DNA of 32,000 nt from Trichodesmium erythraeum IMS101 (GTDB taxonomy: Bacteria; Cyanobacteriota; Cyanobacteriia; Cyanobacteriales; Microcoleaceae), in NCBI RefSeq assembly GCF_000014265.1, contig NC_008312.1:3810001-3842000 (forward strand). The letters are read 5' to 3'. Each line of letters opens with the position of its first letter. Position 1 is the first letter of the stretch. Shown here one piece after another: positions 8,610 to 18,572 of the stretch. Made by a program: the position numbers and the translations under genes. A model generated the notes under the pieces. That model was not told the origin of the DNA. It saw only the letters and a program-made list of their open reading frames with translations, and made no database searches.

Positions 8610-11600
8610 CAGAGATATTAATAAAAAACTTACTAAAAAAATAGAATAGGTGCAAAAACCGATGAGGAATGAGGAGCAGACGGTTACATTTAATCTTTTG
8701 TTTTTTAAAGATGTTATTTATTTGGGTAAGGAGGCGATCTATATTTAGTATCTTAGCTAGACCCTTGAGGTTAGGAGCTAAGTTATTTATCCATTGCTCT
8801 TTTTCCTGAAAATATCCTTTTAAATAGTTATTAGTCCAATTGATTAGAGTTTCTAAATCTTCAGCAGATGACTTTTCGACTATAGGATACTGACTATTAG
8901 CAGTAATAATAAACGTGATAATTTTGTCTCTGCTGATATACCACTCTATCATAGCAGTATCTTGTTCCATCAGGTTTTGAATATCCCTGAACAGAATAGG
9001 TTCTACTCTCTCAGTTAAGGTGAAACTGGGATCTATATCTTTAATTTGATTTAGTACCTCATCTAATTCCTGCCGTGATTTTTGTAATTCTTGCTGTAGG
9101 GGTTTTTGTGAAGTTTCAACAGTTGTTGTTCCTGGACTTCTGATTTACTTACCTACCTGATTTTGCTGAACGCTGTTTTATAACTATCTGTAATTGTCTT
9201 TCCAGCGATGGAATGTTTCGTCGCAGTCGATCTAGCTCCAGGAGAATTTCTTGAGGAATGTTACCTTTAGGATAGAGTTCGCGTTTGACAAGGAGTTCAA
9301 CGAGGGTGAGGGCTTTGGTGCGTTCTGCTGTTTCTATGGCTTTATACTATTGCTCTAAATTGATGTATATTTGCACCAGATTTTGATAAACTGATATTAC
9401 TTCTGCTATAATCTCTTGGTAGCGATCGTCGGTGGTTGCCCAACTGCAGCTGAGTTCCACTACAGTTATGGCTTTTTCATAGTTGTCGGCGGCAAGTTGC
9501 CAGTTTTGGTTGTCGAAATATAGGTCGCCTAAGTTGCAGGTAGTGATAAGATGTTGGATAGGGTCTTCTTCTTGGGTGCACACCTGCAAAGTTTGTTCGC
9601 ATGCAGCAATGGCTGCTTCTATATTTTCAGTTTTGTCTCCCCTTATTCTGTATAAAGTAGGCAATGCCGAGATTATCTTGAGTTCTTGCCCAGTCGATAG
9701 GGAAGTCAGTTTGGGTATACACCAGCAAAGCTTGTTGGCATGCAGCAATGGCAGCTTCAATATTTTCGGCTTGGTCTCCCCTTATTCTGTTAATGTAGGC
9801 AGCACCGAGATTATTTTGAGTTTGTGCCCAGTCGATAGGGAAGTCAGTTTGGGTGCGCACCAGCAAAGCTTGTTGGAATGCAGCAATGGCAGCTTCAATA
9901 TTTTCGGCTTGGTCTCCCCTTATTCTGTTAATGTAGGCAGCACCGAGATTATTTTGAGTTTGTGCCCATTCCATGGGGAAGTCAGTTTGGGTAAACACCA
10001 GCAAAGTTTGTTGCCATGCAGCAATGGCAGCTTCAATATTTTCGGCTTTGTCTCCCCTCATTCTGTTAATGTAGGCAGCACCGAGATTATTTTGAGTTTG
10101 TGCCCAGTCGATAGGGAATTCAGTTTGGGTGTACACCAGCAAAGCTTGTTGCCATGCAGCAATGGTGGCTTCAACATTTTCGGCTTGGTCTCCCCTCATT
10201 CTGTTAATGTAGACATTCCCGAGATTATATTGAGTTTGTGCCCATTCCATGGGGAAGTCAGTTTGGGTAAACACCAGCAAAGTTTGTTGCCATGCAGCAA
10301 TGGCAGCTTCAATATTTTCAGCTTGGTCTCCCCTCATTCTGTTAATGTAGACATTCCCGAGATTATATTGAGTTTGTGCCCAGTCGATAGGGAATTCAGT
10401 TTGGGTGTACACCAGCAAAGCTTGTTGCAATGCAGCAATGGTGGCTTCAACATTTTCGGCTTGGTCTCCCCTCATTCTGTTAATGTAGGCAGCACCGAGA
10501 TTATCTTGAGTTCTGGCCCAGTCGATAGGGAATTCAGTTTGGGTGTACACCAGCAAAGCTTGTTGCAATGCAGCAATGGCAGCTTCAATATTTTCGGCTT
10601 TGTCTCCCCTTATTCTGTTAATGTAGGCAGCACCGAGATTATTTTGAGTTCTGGCCCAGTCGATAGGGAATTCAGTTTGGGTGCGCACCAGCAAAGCTTG
10701 TTGCAATGCAGCAATGGCAGCTTCAATATTTTCGGCTTTGTCTCCCCTTATTCTGTAAAAGTAGGCAGCCCCGAGATTATATTGAGTTTGTGCCCAGTCG
10801 ATGGGGAAGTCAGTTTGGGTATACACCAGCAAAGTTTGTTGCCATGCAGCAATGGCAGCTTCAATATTTTCGGCTTTGTCTCCCCTTATTCTGTCTCTGT
10901 AGGCAAGGCCGAGATTATTTTGAATAGTTGCCCATTCCATGGGGAAGTCAGTTTGGGTGTGCACCAGCAAAGCTTGTTGGCATGCAGCAATGGCAGCTTC
11001 AATATTTTCGGCTTTGTCTCCCCTTATTCTGTAAAAGTAGGCAGCCCCGAGATTATCTTGAGTTCTGGCCCAGTCGATGGGGAAGTCAGTTTGGGTATAC
11101 ACCAGCAAAGCTTGTTGGCATGCAGCAATGGCAGCTTCAATATTTTCGGCTTTGTCTCCCCTCATTCTGTTAATGTAGGCAAGGCCGAGATTATCTTGAG
11201 TTCTGGCCCAGTCGATGGGGAAGTCAGTTTGGGTATACACCAGCAAAGCTTGTTGGCATGCAGCAATGGCAGCTTCAATATTTTCGGCTTTGTCTCCCCT
11301 CATTCTGTTAATGTAGGCAACGCCGAGATTATTTTGAGTCATTGCCCAGTCGATGGGGAAGTCAGTTTGGGTGCGCACCAGCAAAGCTTGTTCGTATGCA
11401 GCAATGGCAGCTTCAATATTTTCGGCTTTGTCTCCCCTCATTCTGTTAATGTAGGCAACGCCGAGATTATTTTGAGTCATTGCCCAGTCGATGGGGAAGT
11501 CAGTTTGGGTGCGCACCAGCAAAGCTTGTTCGTATGCAGCAATGGCAGCTTCAATATTTTCGGCTTTGTCTCCCCTCATTCTGTTAATGTAGGCAAGGCC

Positions 11601-13592
11601 GAGATTATATTGAGTTTTTGCCCAGTCGATAGGGAAGTCAGCTTGGGTGCGCACCAGCAAAGCTTGTTGGCATGCAGCAATGGCAGCTTCAATATTTTCG
11701 GCTTTGTCTCCCCTCATTCTGTTAATGTAGGCAAGGCCGAGATTATCTTGAGTTCTGGCCCAGTCGATGGGGAAGTCAGTTTGGGTATACACCAGCAAAG
11801 CTTGTTGCAATGCAGCAATGGCAGCTTCAATATTTTCAGCTTTGTCTCCCCTTATTCTATAAATGTAGGCAAGGCCGAGATTATTTTTAGCTTTTGCCCA
11901 GTCGATAGGGAATTCAGTTTGGGTGTACACCAGCAAAGCTTGTTGGCATGCAGCAATGGCAGCTTCAATATTTTCAGCTTGGTCTCCCCTTATTCTATAA
12001 ATGTAGGCAATGCCGAGATTATTTTGAGTCATTGCCCAGTCGATAGGGAAGTCAGTTTGGGTGCGCACCAGCAAAGCTTGTTGGAATGCAGCAATGGCAG
12101 CTTCAATATTTTCGGCCTTGTCTCCCCTCATTATGTTAATGTAGGCAGCACCGAGACTATTTTGAGTCATTGCCCAGTCGATAGGGAAGTCAGTTTGGGT
12201 GCGCACCAGCAAAGCTTGTTGGAATGCAGCAATGGCAGCTTCAATATTTTCGGCCTTGTCTCCCCTTATTCTGTAAAAGTAGGCAGCCCCGAGATTATAT
12301 TGAGTTTGTGCCCAGTCGATGGGGAATTCAGTTTGGGTGTGCACCAGCAAAGCTTGTTGGAATGCAGCAATGGCAGCTTCAATATTTTCGGCCTTGTCTC
12401 CCCTCATTCTGTTAATGTAGGCAGCACCGAGATTATATTGAGTTTGTGCCCAGTCGATGGGGAAGTCAGTTTGGGTATACACCAGCAAAGCTTGTTGCCA
12501 TGCAGCAATGGCAGCCTCAACATTTTCGGCTTGGTCTCCCCTCATTCTGTTAATGTAGGCAGCACCGAGATTATTTTCAGTTGCTGCCCATTCCATGGGG
12601 AAGTCAGTTTGGGTATACACCAGCAAAGCTTGTTGCCATGCAGCAATGGCAGCCTCAATATTTTCGGCTTTGTCTCCCCTTATTCTCTCAGTGTAGGCAG
12701 CGCCGAGACTATTTTGAGCTTTTGCCCAGTCGATGGGGAAGTCAGTTTGGGTATACACCAGCAAAGCTTGTTGCCATGCAGCAATGGCAGCTTCAATATT
12801 TTCAGCTTGGTCTCCCCTTATTCTATAAATGTAGGCAATGCCGAGATTAATTTTAGCTCTTGCCCAGTTTATCGGGAAGTCAGTTTGGGTGAACACCAGC
12901 AAAGCTTGTTGTAATGCAGCAATGGCAGCTTCAATATTTTCGGCTTTGTCTCCCCTTATTCTGTTAATGTAGGCAGCGCCGAGATTATTTTGAGTTTGTG
13001 CCCAATTTTCCCGTTGACTATCAGAGGTAAAGACTTTTAGCATTACTTCATAACCTGCAATACTAATTTCCATTTTGTTTGTTTTGTTACCCAGAGGAAA
13101 TTGCTGAATGCGGTTACTGAAAATACCAATAGATATAGCTATATCTTCTGCTACATCCGCCTCCACTTCAGAAAATTTAGCAGTCGCCCAGTTTCGCAAT
13201 ATATCAGCAAAGCTATCATCAAGTTTATCTAAGTTTTGCTGTAGGAGTGGGTAGACAACTTTCGAGTCACCCTTGCTTTCTGCAGTTGCCTCCAATACCT
13301 CTTCTAAGAAATTCAAATATTCTGCCGATGAGTAATGAGTTGAGGGAGAAAATTCTGAAGTTTCTAGTAACTCTACAAGCTGACTCCTGAGATGGCGTAA
13401 AAAATTAGCAGCGTTTTGAGCATTTTCGTCATCATTTTCTGCCAGTTGTTGTGCACAAAGTTCCATTATTTCGAGTAACCCTTCATCTACCAACTCTTGG
13501 TTCGTTTGGAGGATTTTTTCTACCTCACTGCCAGGGGAATTTAGCAGTTGGTCGATGAGGTTGATGTATGCTTCTTTGCGTTTGTTGTCCAT
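8610..13592 (-). pseudogene. TPR-repeat / CHAT-domain protein gene, disrupted and 3'-truncated
   Basis: ORF 9627-13592 holds an N-terminal helical domain plus 24 units of a 46-aa TPR-like repeat. The coding continues in other frames. A 25th diverged repeat and linker run to the TAG at 9347-9349. The same frame then continues (YKAIETAERTKALTLVELLVKRELYPKG...LERQLQ) to a TAA at 9149-9151. A third frame is open from 9144 to 8491 (EVLNQIKDIDPSFTLTERVEPILFRDIQNLMEQDTAMIEWYISRDKIITFIIT...NRLLLIPHRFLHLF), which is typical of the entry into a CHAT domain. The catalytic part of CHAT is absent. Confidence 0.75.
9540..13010 (-). repeat. Tandem array of about 25 units of 138 bp (46 aa), coding, TPR-like
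   Basis: Unit consensus is INRMRGDKAENIEAAIAAxQQALLVYTQTDFPIDWAxTQxNLGxAY. The landmark gcagcaatggcagcttcaatattttc recurs every 138 bp. Units 11281-11418 and 11419-11556 are identical base for base. Confidence 0.95.
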
Positions 13593-13624
13593 TTTTAGTT
13601 ATTGGTTGGTTGATGTCTTTTGTT

Positions 13625-13680
13625 AGGTTTTAGGCCGCAGGTTTTAGGTAGCAGGTCTTAGGTGGTAGGTTTTAGGTGTT
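13625..13680. repeat. 14-bp tandem repeat x4 (aggttttaggNNNN)
   Basis: aggttttaggccgc / aggttttaggtagc / aggtcttaggtggt / aggttttaggtgtt, about 33 bp upstream of the TPR gene start codon (13592-13590). Confidence 0.85.
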
Positions 13681-13971
13681 AAGCTTTTGTGCACTTAAAT
13701 AACTAATTGTTCCATACCTCAGTTCAGAGAAAAAATCCTTCTAAATTCTCAGCTCTAAGTTCTAAGACTTGGCCACCAATATAAAAAACATAGAATTTTA
13801 TCTCCATATCCTTATGTCCCATTTTGAAGTGAGATAGCTTCCAGAATGTTGATAGCCTTCCTATTAGTTATCTTCAAGATATTTTTTTTTGCAATTATAT
13901 TATTTTACACAATTAAACAGAAAATATCAATAGTTACCTGCTGTCAAATACCTGTTTGTACATCCCTATAG

Positions 13972-14336
13972 CAAGAGCAAACTAATTCGTCGCTCTTACC
14001 TAAAATCAATATTACTGTTTTCAACCAAGCATTAGCTGACTTAGCTGAAAATTTTGGTGACAGAGAAAATAAGCACATGATATTAGTGCTAGACAGAGCA
14101 GGTTAGCACAGTAGTCAAAAACTGAAAAATCCAGAGAGTTTGCACTTGGAGTCAATACCTGCCAATACACCTGAAATACAACCAGCAGAAAGACTCCAGC
14201 TAATAATTAATGAACCTATAAGTAATCAAAACGAGTGAAAATTTATCTCAGATAGAAGATATAGTAAATGATCGATGTATCAACCTGATGAAACAGCGAT
14301 ATCGCTCCCAAACAGGTCTCACTTGTTTTCGTTGCT
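13972..14336 (+). pseudogene. IS630-family transposase relic (C-terminal part only)
   Basis: Translation reads SLLPKINITVFNQALADLAENFGDRENKHMILVLDRAG*HSSQKLKNPESLHLESIPANTPEIQPAERLQ. This matches the IS630/Tc1-mariner DDE region (LVLDxAGWH ... LPxYSPELxPxERLW), with the Trp codon mutated to TAG. After a frameshift it continues SENLSQIEDIVNDRCINLMKQRYRSQTGLTCF. The N-terminal half is absent. Confidence 0.7.
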
Positions 14337-14699
14337 AGCCTACTGATGATTTTTTAAGTGCTTCAAGACTAGCCTTGCCTAGCAATATCGCTCCGGGTAA
14401 TTATTTTTATTCCTTCCTACTCTATTATACACAAACGATATTACCCGACATGATATTATTTGTTCGGCTATGCCTAAGTTTCAACGTCTTAATGTAGAAG
14501 AAATTCCCCTTTTTTTATTAGTTGAGAGTAGAAATTTTAGATACCTTATTACCCCAACGAGTCTCTAAATATAATCTCAGAGTTTTCAGAAAACCTGTAT
14601 CTAAATTTCGTTCTAAAAAACCAAAACACTGAGGTAATTCTCAGTAGATGGAAACTCCCTCTTTTCCTATTATTAATCATGCTTTGGTAGTGCCTCAGT

Positions 14700-15366
14700 A
14701 AAGCGTGGGAAAAGTAATTAAGTCGTTCCCACTCCAAAAAGCGATCGCGTTCCTCAGCTCTTTGGGCAGCAGTATTTTCTTTGCCACCATGAACCCACAT
14801 CCAATTAAAGTAGCCATCGCCAACCTTACCGTTACCTCAGTTTGTTGCCAGAGCTTGCCAAATTTATTCTGTCAGCGACGCCACCGACCGAGCTACTGTC
14901 TGATAATTCCACTTGTGCGTTCCAATTGCTGTGTATGGTTTTTAGCAATAACGTGTTCTATTACAGAGCAATACTCATTCATACCCTCCCCCATCATCAG
15001 TTAGCCATTTTTGACAGCTAGTTTTTCCTTCTGTGTTCACGATCAATTCCTCAATAAACTAGTCAGTATATTTATCTACTCTAGCACTCAGAATTCATCC
15101 ACTGGATAAAGCTTAGGTCATGCCAACCCAAGAATATCCTTTTATCAATTCCTGATACTGGCACTGTTTTTATTTTTTTGGACGAATGACCAAAACTCAT
15201 CACTGCTCACTTGTGAAGTATTGATATTCTGGAAATGAGCATTATGGATCATTTGTCCTTTTTCAGAAGTAGCTCTCACCAAACTAACTACGGTATTATA
15301 GGCAAAATTCACTGTTCGACTAATCCCTCTTAAACCACAGCCCTCAACGTGAGCCCGTATTTCCAT
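14700..15366 (-). pseudogene. IS1-family transposase relic
   Basis: The N-terminal piece (ORF 15145-15366) is EGCGLRGISRTVNFAYNTVVSLV...SSDEFWSFVQKNKN; compare IS1 InsB DEQWGYVGAK. The C-terminal piece is EYCSVIEHVIAKNHTQQLERTSGIIRQ*LGRWRR*QNKFGKLW; compare IS1 [35 protein letters not shown]. It has in-frame stops and frameshifts. The lower boundary is approximate. Confidence 0.6.
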
Positions 15367-15458
15367 CCGCTGCTTTCAGCCTTAACTGAACCGTATTGAC
15401 TTATAACAATTAGTAAATTAGACATAAAAATATATATTACATCAACTATTAATAATAA

Positions 15459-15470
15459 TTATCAATAATT
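15459..15470 (-). promoter_or_regulatory. Candidate Fur-like iron box, copy 1 (inverted)
   Basis: ttatcaataatt is the reverse complement of aattattgataa and is identical to the 12-mer at 15821-15832. It resembles the ATAATGATAA core of the Fur box and lies upstream of the first isiA-like gene. Confidence 0.2.
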
Positions 15471-15820
15471 TAAATTATTCATACTTAATATTTGTCAAAA
15501 ACATTGTAGTGTTTATGTTATGCAAAATGTAGGTTTTAATGGTCAACGTGAAATAAATAAATCTGTGAGGTATAAAACAACTTATTTATTTAGGACTTAA
15601 AGCACCACAAGGTATTATCCTGATGACTACAGACACCAAGACAATCTAAATCCTAACCTCATGGGTAAGCCCTGTTAGTATTTATTGTCCATTATGCCCT
15701 GGAAACAGTTAACTATCAATTGCTTAACCACCAATTTTGATTACTATTTTCTATATTTTTAATAACCTTTTTTTATGCTAATGGACTTTTCCTATGTTTC
15801 TTAACAAAAATTAATATTCT

Positions 15821-15832
15821 AATTATTGATAA
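15821..15832 (+). promoter_or_regulatory. Candidate Fur-like iron box, copy 2
   Basis: aattattgataa within taattattgataaaaattctgattt, about 220 bp upstream of the ATG at 16052. Confidence 0.2.
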
Positions 15833-16051
15833 AAATTCTGATTTATGTTGAAATAAAATTATTGAAAATAAAAGTCAATATAGTAGTCTAGTTTTAGCTG
15901 TGTATAAAAGGTTCTAAAATCAAAAAAAGGTTCATATAAAAGGAATCTAAGATTAAAGCTTAATGCTCTTATTAAGATTCTTTATTAATTGTAGAGGACT
16001 ACTATTGATACTTTTTAAGTCAATATCCTTCAGATTGAGGATATAATTTAT

Positions 16052-17158
16052 ATGCAAACATTAGACAATGAAAACAGAAACACAGTTGAAAAGCCTGAAT
16101 CTACTAACAGCAGAGGAATCTTCTGGATACCATTATGGCGATCGCTAGGCTGGTCTTTTGAAGCAACAGAAGATGAAGGCGCTCCACTGCTAAGAGGGAA
16201 TATCAGGTTCAAAGACCTATCCGGGCAATTATTGGGAGCCCACGTAGCACATGCTGGCTTGATAGTGCTATGGGCAGGTGCAATGACCTTGTTTGAACTA
16301 TCCCACCTTGATCCTAGCTTACCAATGTATGAGCAGAATCTAATTTTACTGCCCCATCTAGCAACATTAGGTATTGGTATAAAAGCAGGTGGGGAAGTAA
16401 TTGACACCTATCCTTACTATGTTATCGGCATGCTGCATCTCATCAGCTCTGCTGTTTTGGGTGCAGGAGGTATTTATCATGCCGTTTTAGGTCCAAAAAA
16501 GCTTGATCCAAAAGGCTTTGGCTACAACTGGGAAGATGGCAATAAGATGACAACAATTCTAGGTATCCATCTAGTGTTGTTAGGACTTGGAGCAGCACTA
16601 TTAGTGATAAAAGCAACAGCTTTAGGCGGTATTTATGATCCACTAGTAGAAAAGGTACGACTAGTACAGCCAAACCTAAATCCTGTCAGAATTTTCGGCT
16701 ATCTATTTGGCTATAGCCCTAATGGCTGGACGATCACTGGTATGGCTAGCGTCGATAATCTCGAAGACGTTATCGGTGGTCATGTCTGGGTAAGCCTACT
16801 TTGTATTGTTGGCGGTCTATTTCACATTGTCTCCAAGCCTACAAGTTGGGCAAAAAAGATACTAATATGGTCGGGAGAAGCTTACTTATCTTATAGTTTG
16901 GGAGCACTAGCGATCGCAGGCTTCAGTGTAGCTGTATTCGTCTCCACAAACGAAATTGTTTATCCTAGCATATTTTATGGCCCTATTGGGGGTAACTATG
17001 CCCGGGTTAGTCTAGCCGGTGTTCATGCTACATTAGGTTTTCTAGCTTTACTAGGACATTTATGGCACGCCAACCGAGCTCGTGCTGCTAAACGTGGCGT
17101 ATCTTATGGAACCTTCTTTAACTATATAGCTCTAAGGGCTCAAGTATCTACAACTTAA
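16052..17158 (+). CDS. IsiA/Pcb-type chlorophyll-binding protein (CP43-like, lacks the large lumenal loop), copy 1 with extended termini
   Basis: Conserved CP43/IsiA blocks: [89 protein letters not shown] and [10 protein letters not shown]. At 368 aa it is about 100 aa shorter than PsbC. The N-terminal extension of about 45 aa is unusual. Confidence 0.9.
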   Translation: MQTLDNENRNTVEKPESTNSRGIFWIPLWRSLGWSFEATEDEGAPLLRGNIRFKDLSGQLLGAHVAHAGLIVLWAGAMTLFELSHLDPSLPMYEQNLILLPHLATLGIGIKAGGEVIDTYPYYVIGMLHLISSAVLGAGGIYHAVLGPKKLDPKGFGYNWEDGNKMTTILGIHLVLLGLGAALLVIKATALGGIYDPLVEKVRLVQPNLNPVRIFGYLFGYSPNGWTITGMASVDNLEDVIGGHVWVSLLCIVGGLFHIVSKPTSWAKKILIWSGEAYLSYSLGALAIAGFSVAVFVSTNEIVYPSIFYGPIGGNYARVSLAGVHATLGFLALLGHLWHANRARAAKRGVSYGTFFNYIALRAQVSTT

Positions 17159-17538
17159 TAGCTGAAAGTGCAGAAAGTGCAATAAGCGAAAAGGTTATAA
17201 AAAATGTGTAAGTATGCCAAAGCACACTTCTATATAGCTAATACCATTTTACTGAAGTCATAGGTTCATGCATTCATGCATGAATACTTTAAAATTTCAA
17301 AACTTTGACGCGCTCAATAATTTGAGAGAATTATTTGACACTTAAAATTAGAAACTATTTGTGACATCTTTAAAATGAAAGTGAATTAGTATAAGAAGCT
17401 CACACCTAAACCTATGCTGCACGAGCAAAAAGTAGAACTTCCCTCGTTAGTATAATCTAGTTTCAGCTATTCCATAAATACTAACCTTTGTAGTTAAACC
17501 AATAAATTCGATGATCTTAAACAAGGAGAAAAATCGCG

Positions 17539-18570
17539 ATGACTGTCGCCACTGATGATAACGTGCAAATTCCTTGGCGAGCAGGTAATGCTCGGCTTGT
17601 TAACCTATCAGGAAAACTATTGGGCGCTCATGTAGCCCATGCTGGGTTAATTGTACTTTGGGCTGGTTCTATTACCTTATCTGAAGTCGGGAACTTTGAT
17701 CCGTCTTTACCAATGTACGAACAAGGATTAATTGTAATACCAAATCTAGCTCGTTTAGGACTTGGAGTTAGTGAAGGGGGTGCGGTTGTAGATACCTATC
17801 CCTATTTTGTAATTGGGGTATTGCATTTAATTAGTTCGGCGTTTTTAGGAGCTGGTGGTATTTTCCACGCTCTCAAAGGCCCAGAAAAACTAGAAGAAAA
17901 ATTTTCCTTTTTTGGTTATAGGTGGGATGATCCAGGCAAAATGACAACTATCCTGGGTATCCATCTCGTATTGTTGGGATTTGGTGCTTTGTTGCTTGTA
18001 GCAAAAGCAATGGCATATGGTGGATTATACGATCCAGTCATTCAGAATGTGCGGGTAATTTACGATCCAACTTTGAACCCCACAACCATTTTCGGCTACT
18101 TATTTGGTACACAAGGGCGTTTCTGGCTAGCTGGTGTCAACTCTTTAGAAGATGTAGTAGGTGGTCATATATGGATTGGTGCTATATGCATTGTGGGTGG
18201 TATCTGGCATATGAGAACCGTACCATTTAATTGGGCAAAAGGGTTATTTGTATGGTCAGGAGAAGCCTATCTATCTTATAGCATTGGAGCAGTAAGTTTA
18301 ATGGCATTTATAGCCACACTATTTGTATCTGTTAACTCCCTAGTATTTCCTACAGAATTTTACGGACCCACCTTAACTCTAGTCTTTGATCGCTTTCCTG
18401 TATTTGTTAGTTCTGATGGAGCCTTAACTGCAAGGGTATGGTTAGCTAATGCCCACTTCTGGTTAGGCTTTTTCTTCCTACAAGGACACATATTCCATGC
18501 CTTACGAGCAGCAGGATATAGCTTTATCGAAGGCAGAGTCATTAATTCTACAAGAGGTCAAGTAAGTTAG
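17539..18570 (+). CDS. IsiA/Pcb-type chlorophyll-binding protein, copy 2
   Basis: 343 aa with the same conserved blocks ([32 protein letters not shown]..., [36 protein letters not shown]). GGAGAA lies 9-14 nt upstream of the ATG. Confidence 0.92.
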   Translation: MTVATDDNVQIPWRAGNARLVNLSGKLLGAHVAHAGLIVLWAGSITLSEVGNFDPSLPMYEQGLIVIPNLARLGLGVSEGGAVVDTYPYFVIGVLHLISSAFLGAGGIFHALKGPEKLEEKFSFFGYRWDDPGKMTTILGIHLVLLGFGALLLVAKAMAYGGLYDPVIQNVRVIYDPTLNPTTIFGYLFGTQGRFWLAGVNSLEDVVGGHIWIGAICIVGGIWHMRTVPFNWAKGLFVWSGEAYLSYSIGAVSLMAFIATLFVSVNSLVFPTEFYGPTLTLVFDRFPVFVSSDGALTARVWLANAHFWLGFFFLQGHIFHALRAAGYSFIEGRVINSTRGQVS

Positions 18571-18572
18571 TT

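Noticed and set aside
9483-12914. 1143-aa ORF on the plus strand, plus smaller plus-strand ORFs at 10706-10927, 10928-11173, 12224-12415 and 12581-12850
   Set aside because: These lie antisense to the TPR array. They stay open only because the 138-bp unit has no stop in that frame and is repeated about 25 times. The translation is a low-complexity periodic sequence (SNGSFNIFG...) with no start context. The minus-strand frame gives a recognisable TPR-like protein with a proper N-terminal domain.
9540-13010. Could the regular repeat array be a CRISPR array?
   Set aside because: The units are contiguous with no unique spacers, have a 138-bp period, and are in frame and coding. No cas genes lie in the window.
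8491-13592. TPR-CHAT as the protease partner of a type III-E CRISPR (Craspase-like) system
   Set aside because: No gRAMP/Cas7-11 or other cas genes and no CRISPR array are nearby. The gene is a multi-lesion pseudogene lacking the catalytic CHAT half. Cyanobacteria carry many stand-alone TPR-CHAT paralogs.
14549-15004. ORFs 14549-14800 (-) and 14705-15004 (+)
   Set aside because: They overlap the decayed IS1-family transposase region. The recognisable transposase similarity is in a different frame interrupted by stops, so these ORFs are by-products of the relic.
16048-16407. 119-aa ORF antisense to the first isiA-like gene
   Set aside because: It lies fully inside and antisense to a well-supported CDS. 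An IsrR-like antisense RNA is known for isiA in Synechocystis, but nothing in the sequence alone supports one here. Also rejected as antisense or overlapping artefacts: 16443-16673, 18360-18542 and 19774-19995.
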